A DNA stretch of 64,000 bases from an uncultured Candidatus Binatia bacterium (GTDB lineage Bacteria > Desulfobacterota > Binatia > UBA9968 > JAJDTQ01), in assembly GCA_965215605.1 (NCBI GenBank), contig OZ244070.1, forward strand, positions 3,616,001 to 3,680,000. The letters run 5' to 3'. Shown one piece after another: positions 17,752 to 28,844 of this stretch. The notes below the pieces were generated by a model that saw only the letters and a list, made by a program, of their open reading frames with translations, was not told the origin of the DNA and did no database searches. The number at the start of each line of letters is the position of its first letter. Within the stretch, counting starts at the first letter, position 1. A program made the position numbers and the translations under genes.

Positions 17752-19455
17752 ATGTCGTACCTCGTTCTGGCCCGTAAGTGGCGTCCCCAGAGCTTCACCG
17801 ACATGGTGGGGCAGCAGCACATCGCCCGCGTCCTCACCAACGCCATCCAGAGCGGCCGCATCGCCCATTGTTATCTGTTCACCGGGGTCCGCGGCGTGGG
17901 CAAGACCAGCGCCGCCCGCATTCTGGCCAAGGCCCTGAACTGCGTGGACGGACCCACGCCCGCGCCCTGCAACGAGTGCGCCCGCTGCCAGGAGATCAAC
18001 GACGCCCGTTCCATCGACGTGTACGAGATCGACGGCGCCTCCAACCGGGGCATCGACGAGGTCCGGCAGATCATCGAGAACGTGCGCTACCAGCCCGCGG
18101 CGGCGCGCTTCAAGGTCTACATCATCGACGAGGTCCACCAGGTCACCAGGGACGCCTTCAACGCGCTCCTCAAGACCTTGGAGGAACCGCCGCCGTTCGC
18201 CAAGTTCATCCTGGCCACCACCGAGGTCCACCGGCTCCCGGAGACCATCCTGTCCCGTTGCCAGCGCTTCGACTTCCGCCGCATCGGCGTCCAGGACATC
18301 CACGAACGGCTGCGGCGGATCGCGGAGACGGAGGGGTTGAACATCACCGACGGCGCCCTCACGCTCATCAGCCGGGCGGCCCAAGGCAGCATGCGCGATG
18401 CCCAGTCGTTGCTGGAGCAGGTGCTTTCCTTCGCGGATCCCGAGGCGGAGGGCGGCGCCGTGGACGAGCCGCTGCTGCGGGACATCCTCGGCGTGGCCGA
18501 GCGCCGGGTGCTCTACGAGATCTCCTCGGCCGTGATCGCGGGCGACGCCGCGGAGTGCCTCCGCCTGGTGGCCGAGGTGGCATCTCACGGCGTGGACCTG
18601 GCGGCCCTTTCCCGTGAGCTGGTGGAGCATTTCCGCAACCTCATGGTGGTGCGCCTGATGGCGGAGGCCACGGACGGTGGGTCCGCCGCCGAGAGCGAGG
18701 GTGGCTCCCGGCGGCTCATGGACCTGACCGGCGAGGAGGTTTCGCTGCTGCGGGAACAGGCCGCGCCGGTCGATCCCGAGACTTTCATCGGCTACTACCG
18801 GTTCATGGTCCAGGGCGACGAGATCGTGGCGCGGTCGCCCTATCCGAGGTTCGACCTGGAGGCGTCGCTGGTACGCGTCGCAACCCTGCCACGCACGTTG
18901 AACGTCGCCGAGGCCATCGAGGAGTTGCGGCGGCTCGAGGGCCGGCTGGAGGAAGCCGTGCCGGTCCGGGAGGGAAGGGTGGTCCGGGAGCCGGCACCGG
19001 TCCGTGATCCGGAGCCGGCAACGCAAACCGCGCCGGATCTACACGAGGAACCGGAACCGGCCGCCGCGGAGCCGGCGCCCCCCGCGCCGAAGGCCGAGGA
19101 GGCGTCCGAGGCGCCGGAAACGAGCCCGGCCGAATGGGTCCGGTTCCTGGACTTCGTAGAGGGCCGGCAACGCGTTCTGGCCACGTACCTCCGTCAGGGC
19201 AGGCTGCTGGAGATCTCCGACGCGGGTCTCAAGCTGCAGCTCGCCGGGCTGTACAGGAACCATGTTCGGGAAAGGGAGAACATGGGTCTGCTGGAAGGGT
19301 TTCTCGAAGGGTTCTTCAAGCGGAAGATGACCGTGGAGGTGGTGTCCGTGGCAGACGGAGAGGCTGGTTCGGGGGAGGGGACGGGTTCGGCCGAGGATAG
19401 TGCCGGGAACATCGTCGACGAGGCGTTGAAGCTTTTTGGAGGCACGGTGAAATAG
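17752..19455 (+). CDS. dnaX: DNA polymerase III subunit gamma/tau
   Basis: MSYLVLARKWRPQSF, GVRGVGKTS, zinc module, IIDEVH, SRCQRFDF. Confidence 0.97.
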   Translation: MSYLVLARKWRPQSFTDMVGQQHIARVLTNAIQSGRIAHCYLFTGVRGVGKTSAARILAKALNCVDGPTPAPCNECARCQEINDARSIDVYEIDGASNRGIDEVRQIIENVRYQPAAARFKVYIIDEVHQVTRDAFNALLKTLEEPPPFAKFILATTEVHRLPETILSRCQRFDFRRIGVQDIHERLRRIAETEGLNITDGALTLISRAAQGSMRDAQSLLEQVLSFADPEAEGGAVDEPLLRDILGVAERRVLYEISSAVIAGDAAECLRLVAEVASHGVDLAALSRELVEHFRNLMVVRLMAEATDGGSAAESEGGSRRLMDLTGEEVSLLREQAAPVDPETFIGYYRFMVQGDEIVARSPYPRFDLEASLVRVATLPRTLNVAEAIEELRRLEGRLEEAVPVREGRVVREPAPVRDPEPATQTAPDLHEEPEPAAAEPAPPAPKAEEASEAPETSPAEWVRFLDFVEGRQRVLATYLRQGRLLEISDAGLKLQLAGLYRNHVRERENMGLLEGFLEGFFKRKMTVEVVSVADGEAGSGEGTGSAEDSAGNIVDEALKLFGGTVK

Positions 19456-19480
19456 CCGGCCCGCTGAAGGGAGTGATGAC

Positions 19481-19807
19481 ATGAGCGAGGGTTCGGGCGG
19501 CATGGGCGGCCTCATGAAGCAGGCCCAGGAGATGCAGGCAAAACTTGCCAAGATCCAGGAAGAGCTGGCCAAGAAGACGGTGGAAGCCACCTCGGGCGGT
19601 GGCATGGTGCGCGTCACCGTCAACGGCCAGTTCACGCTCGCTTCCATCAAGGTCGATCCCAGCGTCATCGATCCCGAAGAGGTGGAGATGCTGGAGGATC
19701 TGGTGAGGGCGGCGGTCAACGAGGGCCTCAGGCGCGCCCGTGACATGGCCTCGGAGGAGATGAGCAAGCTGACCGGAGGATTCAAGATCCCCGGGTTGAC
19801 GCCATGA
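19481..19807 (+). CDS. ybaB: YbaB/EbfC nucleoid-associated protein
   Basis: MKQAQEMQ, SGGGMVRVTVNG, EMLEDLV; between dnaX and recR. Confidence 0.95.
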   Translation: MSEGSGGMGGLMKQAQEMQAKLAKIQEELAKKTVEATSGGGMVRVTVNGQFTLASIKVDPSVIDPEEVEMLEDLVRAAVNEGLRRARDMASEEMSKLTGGFKIPGLTP

Positions 19808-20424
19808 CCGGCTATCCGGCGCCGCTGGCACGGGTCATCGAGCAGCTATCGAAGCTTCCCGGCATCGGCGAGAAGACCGCCGGGCGCCTCGCCTTCCACC
19901 TGTTGAAGGACGGGAAGGAATCGGTGCTGGCTCTGGCCGGAAGCATGGAGCGGCTCAAGCGGGAGATGGGGCTTTGTCCGGAGTGCTTCGGCCTGAGCGA
20001 GATTCCCTCGGGGACGGAAGATGTCGCCCCATGCAAGGTGTGCCGCGACCCCGGCCGCGACACCCACACCATCTGCGTCGTGGAGGAGCCGTCGGACCTC
20101 ATGGCGGTGGAGCGTTCCGGGGAGTACAAGGGCCTCTACCACGTGCTTCACGGCGCCATCTTCCCGCTCAACGGAGTCGGCCCGGAAGCGTTGAAGATCA
20201 AGGAACTCATGACCCGGATACGCGCCAATCCGCCCGCCGAAATCATCGTCGCCACCAACGCCACCCGGGCGGGAGACGCCACCGCCCTCTACCTCGCCAA
20301 GCTGATCAAGCCCCTCGGCATCTGTATTTCCCGCATCGCCCGCGGCCTGCCCATGGGCGGCGAGATCGAATACACCGACGCCGGCACCCTCGGCGAAGCC
20401 CTGGACGGACGCCGGGAGTTGTAG
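19804..20424 (+). CDS. recR: Recombination mediator RecR
   Basis: LPGIGEKTA HhH, C4 zinc finger, ICVVEEP toprim, IARGLPMGGEIEY. Confidence 0.96.
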   Translation: MTGYPAPLARVIEQLSKLPGIGEKTAGRLAFHLLKDGKESVLALAGSMERLKREMGLCPECFGLSEIPSGTEDVAPCKVCRDPGRDTHTICVVEEPSDLMAVERSGEYKGLYHVLHGAIFPLNGVGPEALKIKELMTRIRANPPAEIIVATNATRAGDATALYLAKLIKPLGICISRIARGLPMGGEIEYTDAGTLGEALDGRREL

Positions 20425-20452
20425 GGACCTGGCGCTGGCCGATTTTTTTGCT

Positions 20453-20481
20453 TTGTCGTGGAATAGCCGTTAAAGTATGAC
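20453..20481 (+). promoter_or_regulatory. Sigma70-like promoter for the small coiled-coil gene
   Basis: TTGTCG-N17-TATGAC. Confidence 0.45.
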
Positions 20482-20555
20482 GCCAAGGCGCCGATAGATA
20501 TAGGGGAGGGCCGTGACGTGGAACTCCTTGAAGTCATCGGCGAAAGAGGGCGTAA

Positions 20556-20840
20556 ATGAACACGGAGACTGTCAGCATCATCATATCCGTCGTCACTGTC
20601 GGGGTGGCGGCCTGCGCCCTCACGATGACGGGGTTCAAGCACCTCCGGGAAGACATGGACCGACGGTTCACGGAATTGCGGGAAGAGATGGACCGGCGTT
20701 TCGCCGATGTGGATCGGCGTCTCACCGACATGGACGGGCGCCTCACCGAATTGCGCGAGGACGTGCGCGAAGTGCGGCGCGATGTCAACAGCCTGCGCGA
20801 GGCCGTGGGCGCGCTGCAGGAGCGGACGGGCGCGGCATGA
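20556..20840 (+). CDS. Small membrane-anchored coiled-coil protein with heptad repeats
   Basis: Hydrophobic N-terminal helix, then DRRFTEL/DRRFADV/DRRLTDM/DGRLTEL repeats; GAGGG RBS. Confidence 0.75.
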   Translation: MNTETVSIIISVVTVGVAACALTMTGFKHLREDMDRRFTELREEMDRRFADVDRRLTDMDGRLTELREDVREVRRDVNSLREAVGALQERTGAA

Positions 20841-20891
20841 TGCTATCCGGTAGTGGACGGTGCTGCGCGTGCGGTCTGCGCGTCACAACCG

Positions 20892-22130
20892 CTAGCAGCA
20901 CGGCATCGGATTCTCGATCAGGTTGTAGACGCTGTCGAAGTTGACCTCGTTGATGGTTTTCTGGACCTTGTAGAAACGCGGCGGCTCGTTGTCCAGGAAC
21001 ACCATGATGGCGGTCTCGATTGGGGGGCAGCCCGGCTTCACGCAGGGGACCTCCTTGATGGTGATGGGGGTCGTGGACGGGAACTCCAGCGCCTGCCGCA
21101 CCCAGATGCGGATCTGGTCCAGCGTGAAGGACGACACGTCGCGATAAATGTCCAGCTCACCGTCCGCCGCCGCCTCATCCTCCGAGCGCAGACAGGTCGT
21201 GAGGCCGCACTGCAACTCGTCTCCGTCCAGGTCCCGGCCGATGAACACCAGCCGGTTGAGGCGCTCCTCGTCCTCTTCCCATTCGCGTCCCAGACGCCCC
21301 TCGAACATGCTGTGGACTCCGTGAAACACGAATTGGTGGGAGTCGCCGTGCATGTTGAGGATGCCCTTCATGCGCAGGATGTCGGCCCCTTTCTCGGCCA
21401 GCACGCCCCGGAACCAGTGGCTCAGGCGCGTTTTGTCGAGGTCGCCGGGCTGGACGAACGAAACGGTCTGGACCGAGGGCTGGTGCTCGTGGTGATGGCT
21501 GTTGGCCACCGCCCGGCGCTTGGCCTCCAGGTCGAAGGCCCGCATCTCCAGCAGCTCGCCGATGTCCACGTCCGCGTTCCGGGTGGGGGTGACGCGGGCC
21601 GTGGGGTTCAGCTCCTCCAGCCTGACGGCGAGGTCGTCGGCCTCTTCCGGCGTGATGAGGTCGGTCTTGTTGAGCAGGATGGCGTCCGCGCAGGCTACCT
21701 GTTCCCGGGCCTCGTGCTGGGCCGCGAGCTGCCCGTCGATGTGCATCCCGTCCACCACGGTCACTACCGCCTGAAGCTCGAAATCGAGACGGATACGTTC
21801 GTCCAGCAACAAGGTCTGGACGATGACGGTGGGGTCCGCCAGGCCCGAGGTCTCCACCACCAGGTAGTCGAAGGTGTCGCGCCGTTCCAAGAGCTGCAGC
21901 AGCACCCGCAGCAGGTCGCCCTGGACCGTGCAGCAGATGCAGCCGTTGTTCATCTGGAAGATCTCTTCGTCCGAGGCGACGATGAGATGGTGGTCGATGC
22001 CCACCTCGCCGAACTCGTTGATGACCACGGCGATGCGGTGGCCGTGAGGCGCGGTGAGGATGCGGTTCAGAAGGGTGGTCTTGCCCGCTCCGAGAAAGCC
22101 CGTGAGGATGACGACGGGTATCTTGGCCAT
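20892..22130 (-). CDS. CobW/COG0523 metallochaperone GTPase with extra C-terminal Cys-rich domain
   Basis: GFLGAGKTT, INEFGE, GCICC, ETSGLADP, NKTD, His-rich linker, CobW_C (RMKG...LVFIG); extension with CVKPGCPP and terminal PCC. Confidence 0.92.
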   Translation of the reverse strand: MAKIPVVILTGFLGAGKTTLLNRILTAPHGHRIAVVINEFGEVGIDHHLIVASDEEIFQMNNGCICCTVQGDLLRVLLQLLERRDTFDYLVVETSGLADPTVIVQTLLLDERIRLDFELQAVVTVVDGMHIDGQLAAQHEAREQVACADAILLNKTDLITPEEADDLAVRLEELNPTARVTPTRNADVDIGELLEMRAFDLEAKRRAVANSHHHEHQPSVQTVSFVQPGDLDKTRLSHWFRGVLAEKGADILRMKGILNMHGDSHQFVFHGVHSMFEGRLGREWEEDEERLNRLVFIGRDLDGDELQCGLTTCLRSEDEAAADGELDIYRDVSSFTLDQIRIWVRQALEFPSTTPITIKEVPCVKPGCPPIETAIMVFLDNEPPRFYKVQKTINEVNFDSVYNLIENPMPCC

Positions 22131-22214
22131 GATCCCTCTTGGCAGGTCCCGTGGGCAAGGGGCGCCGTTGCCGGGATGCTTCGGCAATGCCCTCCGGGTC
22201 CGGTGTCCGGCAGG

Positions 22215-24498
22215 CTACTTCCGGTCACGCTCCTCGAGCGCCCAGAACACCCGTTCCGGGGTCAGCGGCAGTTCCCGGATGCGCGACTTGATGGCGTCCG
22301 CCACCGCGTTGCCGATGGCTGCGGGGGTCGGCGCCAAGCCCGGCTCCCCCAGCCCCTTGGCGCCGTAGGGCCCTTCGGGTTCGGCGCACTCGACGATGAT
22401 GGGAATGATCTCGGGCAAATCCAGCGACGTCACCAGGTGGTAGTCCAGGAACGAGGGGTTCCGCACCTTGCCGTTCTCGTCGATGACCAGGTTCTCGTGC
22501 AGCGCGGAGCCGATGCCCTGGGCCACGCCGCCTTCGATCTGGGCCGCGCAGTTGAGCGGGTTGATGGCCTTGCCCACGTCGTGGGCCGCGGACAGCCGGC
22601 GCAGCCGGACCCGGCCGGTCTCCTCGTCCACCGAAGCCTCCGCGGCCTGGGTGGCGTACATGTAGAACGCCGACGCGTGGTCGCTGTGACCCGTTTCCAG
22701 GTCCAGGTCCTTGCCGATCTCGTAGGTGTAGGAGGCGTCGCCCCTGAGCACCGCGTCGGCGCCCAGCTTGCGCCGGATCATCTCCCCGAAGGTCAGGGCG
22801 ATCTCGTCATGGTCCTTCAGGTGCACCTTGCCGTCGGACACCACCAGCTCTTCCTGCTTCCCTTCCAGCATCGGGCCGGCCATTTCCAGGAGCTGCTCGC
22901 GGGCGTGGATGGCCGCGCCCCGCACCGCGTTGCCCATGTGATAGGTGCTGCGGCTTGAGGTGGTGGAGGCGTCGAACGGGATGACGTCGGTGTCCAACGG
23001 CGCCACCTGGACCTGCTCGATGGGCACCTTCAGCTCTTCCGCCGCCACCTGTGACAGGATGGTGTTGCATCCCTGGCCGATCTCCACGGTGCCGGCCAGC
23101 ACCGTGACCTGGCCGTCGGTATCCACCAGCACGCCGGCGTTGGAAGTGGTGGGCGACCGCGTGGGCTTGGAGATGCACGCCAGCCCGCGTCCGACCCCCG
23201 CGGGTTTTGGCTTGTCCCAGTCGATGGCGGCGGCCGCCTTGGTCAGTGTCTCGGTGAGGCCCACGTTGTGCAGTTGCTCGCCCCAGTAGGCCAGGTCGCC
23301 GTCCACGAAGACGTTCTTCAGACGGAACTCCAGCGGGTCCATGGCCAGCCGGCGGGCCAGCTCGTCCATGTGCTGCTCGGTGGCCCAAGCGCCCTGGGGG
23401 ATGCCGTAGCCGCGGAAGGCCCCGGCCACCGGCTTGTTGGTGTACACGGCGTAACCGTCCACGTGGACGTGGGGGATGCGGTAGGGGCCGGGCGAGGGGA
23501 GGCTGCCCCGGATGCACACCGTGGGACTCTTCTCCGAATAGGCGCCGCCGCCCCAGTAAAGGGTCATGTGCCGGGCCATCAGGGTGCCGTCGTTCCTGAC
23601 CCCGCTCTTGACATGCACCGTGGCCTCGTGGCGCACCAGCGTCGAGATGAAGGTTTCCTCCCGGTTGAACTTCACCCGCACCGGCCGCCCGTTCGTGTGA
23701 AACGCCAGCCCCATGGCGATGGGCTCCAGCTTGAGGCCGCCCTTGGAGCCGAAGCCGCCGCCCTGGAGCGGGTTGATGAGGCGGATCTTCTCCTGCGGCA
23801 GGCCCAGGGCTTCGGCCACCTCGGTCAGCGCCCGGAATGGCGCGTCGTTGGCCACCCAGACGGTGACCCGTCCGGTCTCGGGGTCCACTTGGGCGTGGGC
23901 CGAATGGGGCTCCATGGCGGCGTGCTGGATCACCGGCACGTAGTAGCTTTCCTCGAGCACCAGGTCCGACTGCCGGAACCCCTCGGCGGTATCCCCGGTG
24001 CGCAGCTTGAAATGCTCGCACACGTTGGGCATGGGGGCGCCGACGATGAAAGGGGCCTTGCGATAGTCCTCGAACTCTTCGTGGATAGCCACGGCGCCGG
24101 GCTGGCAGGCCTCCTCGGGGGTGAAGTAGGCGGGCAGATCCTCGTATTCCACCTCGATGAGCTTCAGCGCCTCCTGGGCCGTGTCCTCATCCACCGCGGC
24201 CACCGCGGCCACCGGCTCGCCGATGTAGCGTACCTTGCCCTGGGCCAGGAAGGGCTTGTCCTTGATGGATTCGCCATGGGTCCAGGGAACGTCGGCCCCG
24301 GAAATCGCGCATACCACGCCCGGATGCCGCCGCGCCTTCTCCAGGTCGAGCCTGACGATGCGCGCGTGGGGCCGGGTGCTGAACAGCACCTTGCCGTGTA
24401 GCATGTCCGGCAGCACCAGATCGTACCCGTAGATGGCCGTGCCCGTGACCTTTTCGTCCACGTCGACGCGGGTAACCGGATGGCCGACGAGCCTGAGC

Positions 24499-24506
<8 letters not shown>
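22215..24506 (-). CDS. Xanthine oxidase-family molybdopterin-binding subunit
   Basis: [37 protein letters not shown]. Confidence 0.95.
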
Positions 24507-24996
<490 letters not shown>

Positions 24997-25021
24997 GAAT
25001 TCTCAGGCTCCTTCTCTGCTC

Positions 25022-25939
25022 CTATGCGTATCGCCGGTCCCGCCGGCTGGTCCACGGCGCCGGGCCGTTTCCCGCCGCGGCGTTCAGCAGCGCCCGCTTG
25101 GTATTCACCCGCACCATGGCCCGGCGGTAGTCCGCGGACGAACGCACGTCGCTGATGGGGCTGCACTCCTCGGCCGCCTTCCGGCCGGCCTCCTCCGCCA
25201 GCTCCTCGGTCAACACCTGTCCGAGGAGGACGGCTTCGGCCCCGGAGGCGCGCATGGGAGTGGGGGAGACCGCTCCGAGGGCGATGGCCACGGATTCGCA
25301 GCGGCGGCCGGACTCCGCCAGCGTGAGGGTCACGGCCACTCCGATGTAGGCCAGGTCCATCATGTCCCGGGGCGAGAACTTGATGTATTCGCCCAACAGC
25401 CGCGGGTGCTGGGGCGGGATCAGGAGCTCGGTGAGGATCTCCCCGGGCTCGGCGACGGTCTGACCGGGGCCGCGGAAGAAATCCTTGAGATCCACGACCC
25501 GTTCGCCGCCGGCGCCGGCCAGCCTGGCCCTGGCGTCCAGCGCCAGCAGCGCCGGGGCCACGTCCGCGGACGGCGTGGCGTTGGCCATGTTGCCGCCGAT
25601 GGTGGCGCGGTTGCGGATCTGGATGGAGCCCACCTCGGCGGCGCTCTGGGCCAGGAACGGGTAACGCCCGACCACGAGCGGGGAGATCTCCACCTCCCGC
25701 AGGGTCGTCAGGGCGCCGATGGTGATGCTGCCGTCGGCCTCCTCACGAATGCCCGACAGGGACGGGATGCGCTTGAGGTCCACCACGTATTTCGGCACCA
25801 GCCCCTTTTCCTTCATGGCGATGACCAGGTCGGTGCCGCCGGCCAGAAAATAGCCTCCGGCGCCGCCCTCCAGCATGATCCGGGTGGCCTCCGCCAAGCT
25901 CGTGGGCTGATGAAATTCCAGGGGTTCGGTGCGCTTCAT
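25022..25939 (-). CDS. Xanthine oxidase-family FAD-binding subunit
   Basis: LAGGTDL, QIRNRATIGGN, SDVRSSADYR. Confidence 0.95.
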   Translation of the reverse strand: MKRTEPLEFHQPTSLAEATRIMLEGGAGGYFLAGGTDLVIAMKEKGLVPKYVVDLKRIPSLSGIREEADGSITIGALTTLREVEISPLVVGRYPFLAQSAAEVGSIQIRNRATIGGNMANATPSADVAPALLALDARARLAGAGGERVVDLKDFFRGPGQTVAEPGEILTELLIPPQHPRLLGEYIKFSPRDMMDLAYIGVAVTLTLAESGRRCESVAIALGAVSPTPMRASGAEAVLLGQVLTEELAEEAGRKAAEECSPISDVRSSADYRRAMVRVNTKRALLNAAAGNGPAPWTSRRDRRYA

Positions 25940-25958
25940 GGGTCTCCCTGTGTCGGGC

Positions 25959-27332
25959 TCAATCCGGTGTCGGCAAAACCATGCGGCCGATGGGCTCGCC
26001 CACCGGCTCGCCGTCCTGCATCTGCACGTGGCCTCGCACGATGGCCATCACGGGCATGCCCTTGATCTTCCAGCCGTGCCACGGCGAGGGATTGTTCTTG
26101 CCGTGCAGCTTGTTGATGTCGATGGCGCCTTCCTTGTCCATGTCCACGATGGTCACGTCGCCGTCGGAGCCCACCCGGAGGGCTCCTTTCTGTGGGTAGA
26201 GTTGCCATACCTTTGCGGGGTTTTCTGAGGCCAACTTCACGTAATGGTTGAGACTCAGGCGACCCTTGTTGACCTCCGTCAGGATCAGCGAAGGGCCGGT
26301 TTCCACCCCGCAGAAGCCGGAGATGCAGTCCCAGATGGCGGGCTTCAGCATGTTGCCCTGGAGGTCGGCGCCCTTTTCCTCAAGGGTGTGGGGCGAGTGG
26401 TCGGTGGCGATCATGTCCACGTAGCCGTTGAGCAGGCCGTCCCACAGCGCCTCGCCGTGGTCCCGGGTGCGCACCGGCGGGTTCATCTTCAGCAACGGGC
26501 CGGCCTTCTCCATGTCCTTGGGTTCCCGCAGCAGGTAGTGGGGGCCGGTTTCGGCGGTGATGCGGAGCCCGCGGGCCTTGGCGTCCCGGACCATCCCGGC
26601 GGCCTGCTTGGAGCTCATGTGCAGCACGTGCATCTTGGTGCCGAAGGTCTCGGCGAAGAAGAGGGCGTGATGCACCGACTCCGCCTCGCAGATGGCCGGA
26701 CGGGTGGACTCCCAGTTCACCGGGGCGGTCTTGCCTTCCTCCTTGATGCGGTTCAGGTGGTGGTACATGATCTGGCGGTTCTCCGCGTGGATGCACAGTG
26801 GCAGGCGGGATTCGGTGATGTTCCGGAACACGTCCTGGCATACGCCGTCATCCGGGAAGGGCAGATTGCCGATGGTTTCGCCGAAGAATATCTTGTAGCC
26901 TACCGCTCCGGCCCGGGCCATGGGCAGGATCTGGTCGGCGTTGGTCTGCACCACCACGCCCAGCAGCGCGAAGTCCACCAGCGACTTGGCCTCGGCCAGT
27001 TCCTTCTTCTCATGCACCTGCTCGGGATGGGTCACCGGCGGGATGGTGTTGGGCATGTCCACCACGGAGGTGATGCCGCCGGCGATGGCCGCTCGGGAGC
27101 CGGTGGCGAAATCTTCCTTGTGGGTCATGCCGGGCTCGCGGAAATGGACGTGGCCGTCGATCAGCCCGGGCAGGACATGCTTCCCCTTGGCGTCGATCTC
27201 CCGGACGGCGTCCGGGAGCGAGTCGTTCGTGCCGATGGCCACGAACTTCCCGTCGTGAATGGCCACTCCGCCTTCGAAGGTGTTCTCGGGCGTCACCACG
27301 GTGCCATTCTTGATCACCAGATCTGCTTTCAT
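25959..27332 (-). CDS. Cyclic amidohydrolase (allantoinase/dihydroorotase/hydantoinase-like)
   Basis: DGHVHFREPG, GYKIF, HAEN, HVLHMS, KMNPPVR, ATDHSPH. Confidence 0.9.
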   Translation of the reverse strand: MKADLVIKNGTVVTPENTFEGGVAIHDGKFVAIGTNDSLPDAVREIDAKGKHVLPGLIDGHVHFREPGMTHKEDFATGSRAAIAGGITSVVDMPNTIPPVTHPEQVHEKKELAEAKSLVDFALLGVVVQTNADQILPMARAGAVGYKIFFGETIGNLPFPDDGVCQDVFRNITESRLPLCIHAENRQIMYHHLNRIKEEGKTAPVNWESTRPAICEAESVHHALFFAETFGTKMHVLHMSSKQAAGMVRDAKARGLRITAETGPHYLLREPKDMEKAGPLLKMNPPVRTRDHGEALWDGLLNGYVDMIATDHSPHTLEEKGADLQGNMLKPAIWDCISGFCGVETGPSLILTEVNKGRLSLNHYVKLASENPAKVWQLYPQKGALRVGSDGDVTIVDMDKEGAIDINKLHGKNNPSPWHGWKIKGMPVMAIVRGHVQMQDGEPVGEPIGRMVLPTPD

Positions 27333-27593
27333 GGGTGCTCCCTTCAAGTCGGATGAGCGGATGTCCCGCGCTCGGCTTGCGGACAGGACTCCTTGGCGGG
27401 TGCGCGACCGTGTCGGCGCGACAGGTTGTTGTTAGGAAAAAACCCGCTCGAAATCAACCCTGGACCCCGCCGGTTTCAAGTTGAAATCCAGCCGCTTGTA
27501 TGCAATAGGTGGCTCAACCCGACGCCCGGTCGGTGCGGTGGGCGGGGGGTTCCTTCATCAATCAGCGCGACACTGGTCGCACGGAGGTTGCCG

Positions 27594-28742
27594 GTGGACG
27601 ACGACAGAGTCATGGTCGAGATCAATGACCTTGAGAAGTACTTCGGCGAGGGACCCGAAAGGGTCCACGTGCTCAAGGGGGTTTCGCTCCGTATCCCCGA
27701 GGGCTCGCTCTACACCTTCCTGGGTCCCAGCGGCTGCGGCAAGACCACGACCCTGCGCTGCGTCGCCGGGCTGGAGCGGCCCGAGAGCGGCGTCATCGAC
27801 ATCGACGAGAAATCGGTGTTCAACTCCGCCGGCGGGGCCTACGTACCGCCCAACCACCGGCCCATCGGCATGGTGTTCCAGTCCTACGCCATCTGGCCGC
27901 ACATGACGGTGGCGGAGAACGTCGGCTACCCGTTGACCATCCAGCGCCGTCCCAAGTCCGCGATCCGCACCCGGGTGGAGGACGTGCTGAAGATCGTCGG
28001 CCTGGGCGGGTTGGAAGATCGGCCGGCCCCCAAGCTTTCCGGCGGACAGCAGCAGCGGGTGGCCTTCGCCCGGGCCCTGATCAACGAGCCCAAGGTCATG
28101 CTGCTGGACGAGCCCCTCAGCAACCTCGACGCCAAGCTGCGGGAGCAGATGCGCTTCGAGATCAAGGCGCTCCAGCGGCGCGTCAACATCACCACCATCT
28201 ACGTCACTCACGATCAGGCCGAAGCCCTGGCCATCTCCGATCAGATTGCGGTCATGCACGGCGGCAAGCTCATCGAGGTGGGAGAGCCCCACCAGCTCTA
28301 TGCCAGGCCCAAGCGCAAGTTCACCGCCACGTTCCTGGGCCTGACCAACCTCATCAACGGCAAGGTCGCCGAGGTGGGCGCCAACTCCCATCCCAGCCGG
28401 CTGGACACCGAGTTCGGCATGCTGGAGTTCGTTCCCGCGGTGCCCATGGACAAGGGCGCCAGCGCGGCGATCTCGATCCGCCCGGAAAACATCACCGTGG
28501 GGGCGGAGGCGCCGGCGCGAAGCCAGAACGTGCTGCACGGGAAGCTCCACGATGCCGTCTTCATGGGCGACGCGTATCACTGCCAGGTCAAGGTCCGGGA
28601 GCAGTTGATCCGCGTGCACACCCATCCCTCCAACGCCGTACCCCTGGGAACCGACGTCTATCTGACTCTCGATCCCGACAACTGCAACGGGCTGCCCGCG
28701 GACGACACCGAGGGCATGGACGACACCATGCTGGGGGACTAG
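27594..28742 (+). CDS. ABC ATP-binding protein with TOBE domain (PotA/FbpC-like); no partner subunits in the window
   Basis: GGAGG RBS and GTG 27594; [32 protein letters not shown]. Confidence 0.92.
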   Translation: MDDDRVMVEINDLEKYFGEGPERVHVLKGVSLRIPEGSLYTFLGPSGCGKTTTLRCVAGLERPESGVIDIDEKSVFNSAGGAYVPPNHRPIGMVFQSYAIWPHMTVAENVGYPLTIQRRPKSAIRTRVEDVLKIVGLGGLEDRPAPKLSGGQQQRVAFARALINEPKVMLLDEPLSNLDAKLREQMRFEIKALQRRVNITTIYVTHDQAEALAISDQIAVMHGGKLIEVGEPHQLYARPKRKFTATFLGLTNLINGKVAEVGANSHPSRLDTEFGMLEFVPAVPMDKGASAAISIRPENITVGAEAPARSQNVLHGKLHDAVFMGDAYHCQVKVREQLIRVHTHPSNAVPLGTDVYLTLDPDNCNGLPADDTEGMDDTMLGD

Positions 28743-28844
28743 GGGACTGACGGCGGGTTGGCAATTTTCGACGCCGGCAGCTATAAACATCCAGATATCG
28801 CCCTGGAATGACGACAGAAAATTGAAGGAAGGAGCCAGTATTCT

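Noticed and set aside
18950-19130. Repeat-like region or programmed frameshift in dnaX
   Set aside because: Ordinary Pro/Ala/Glu linker; no A-AAA-AAG slippery site seen.
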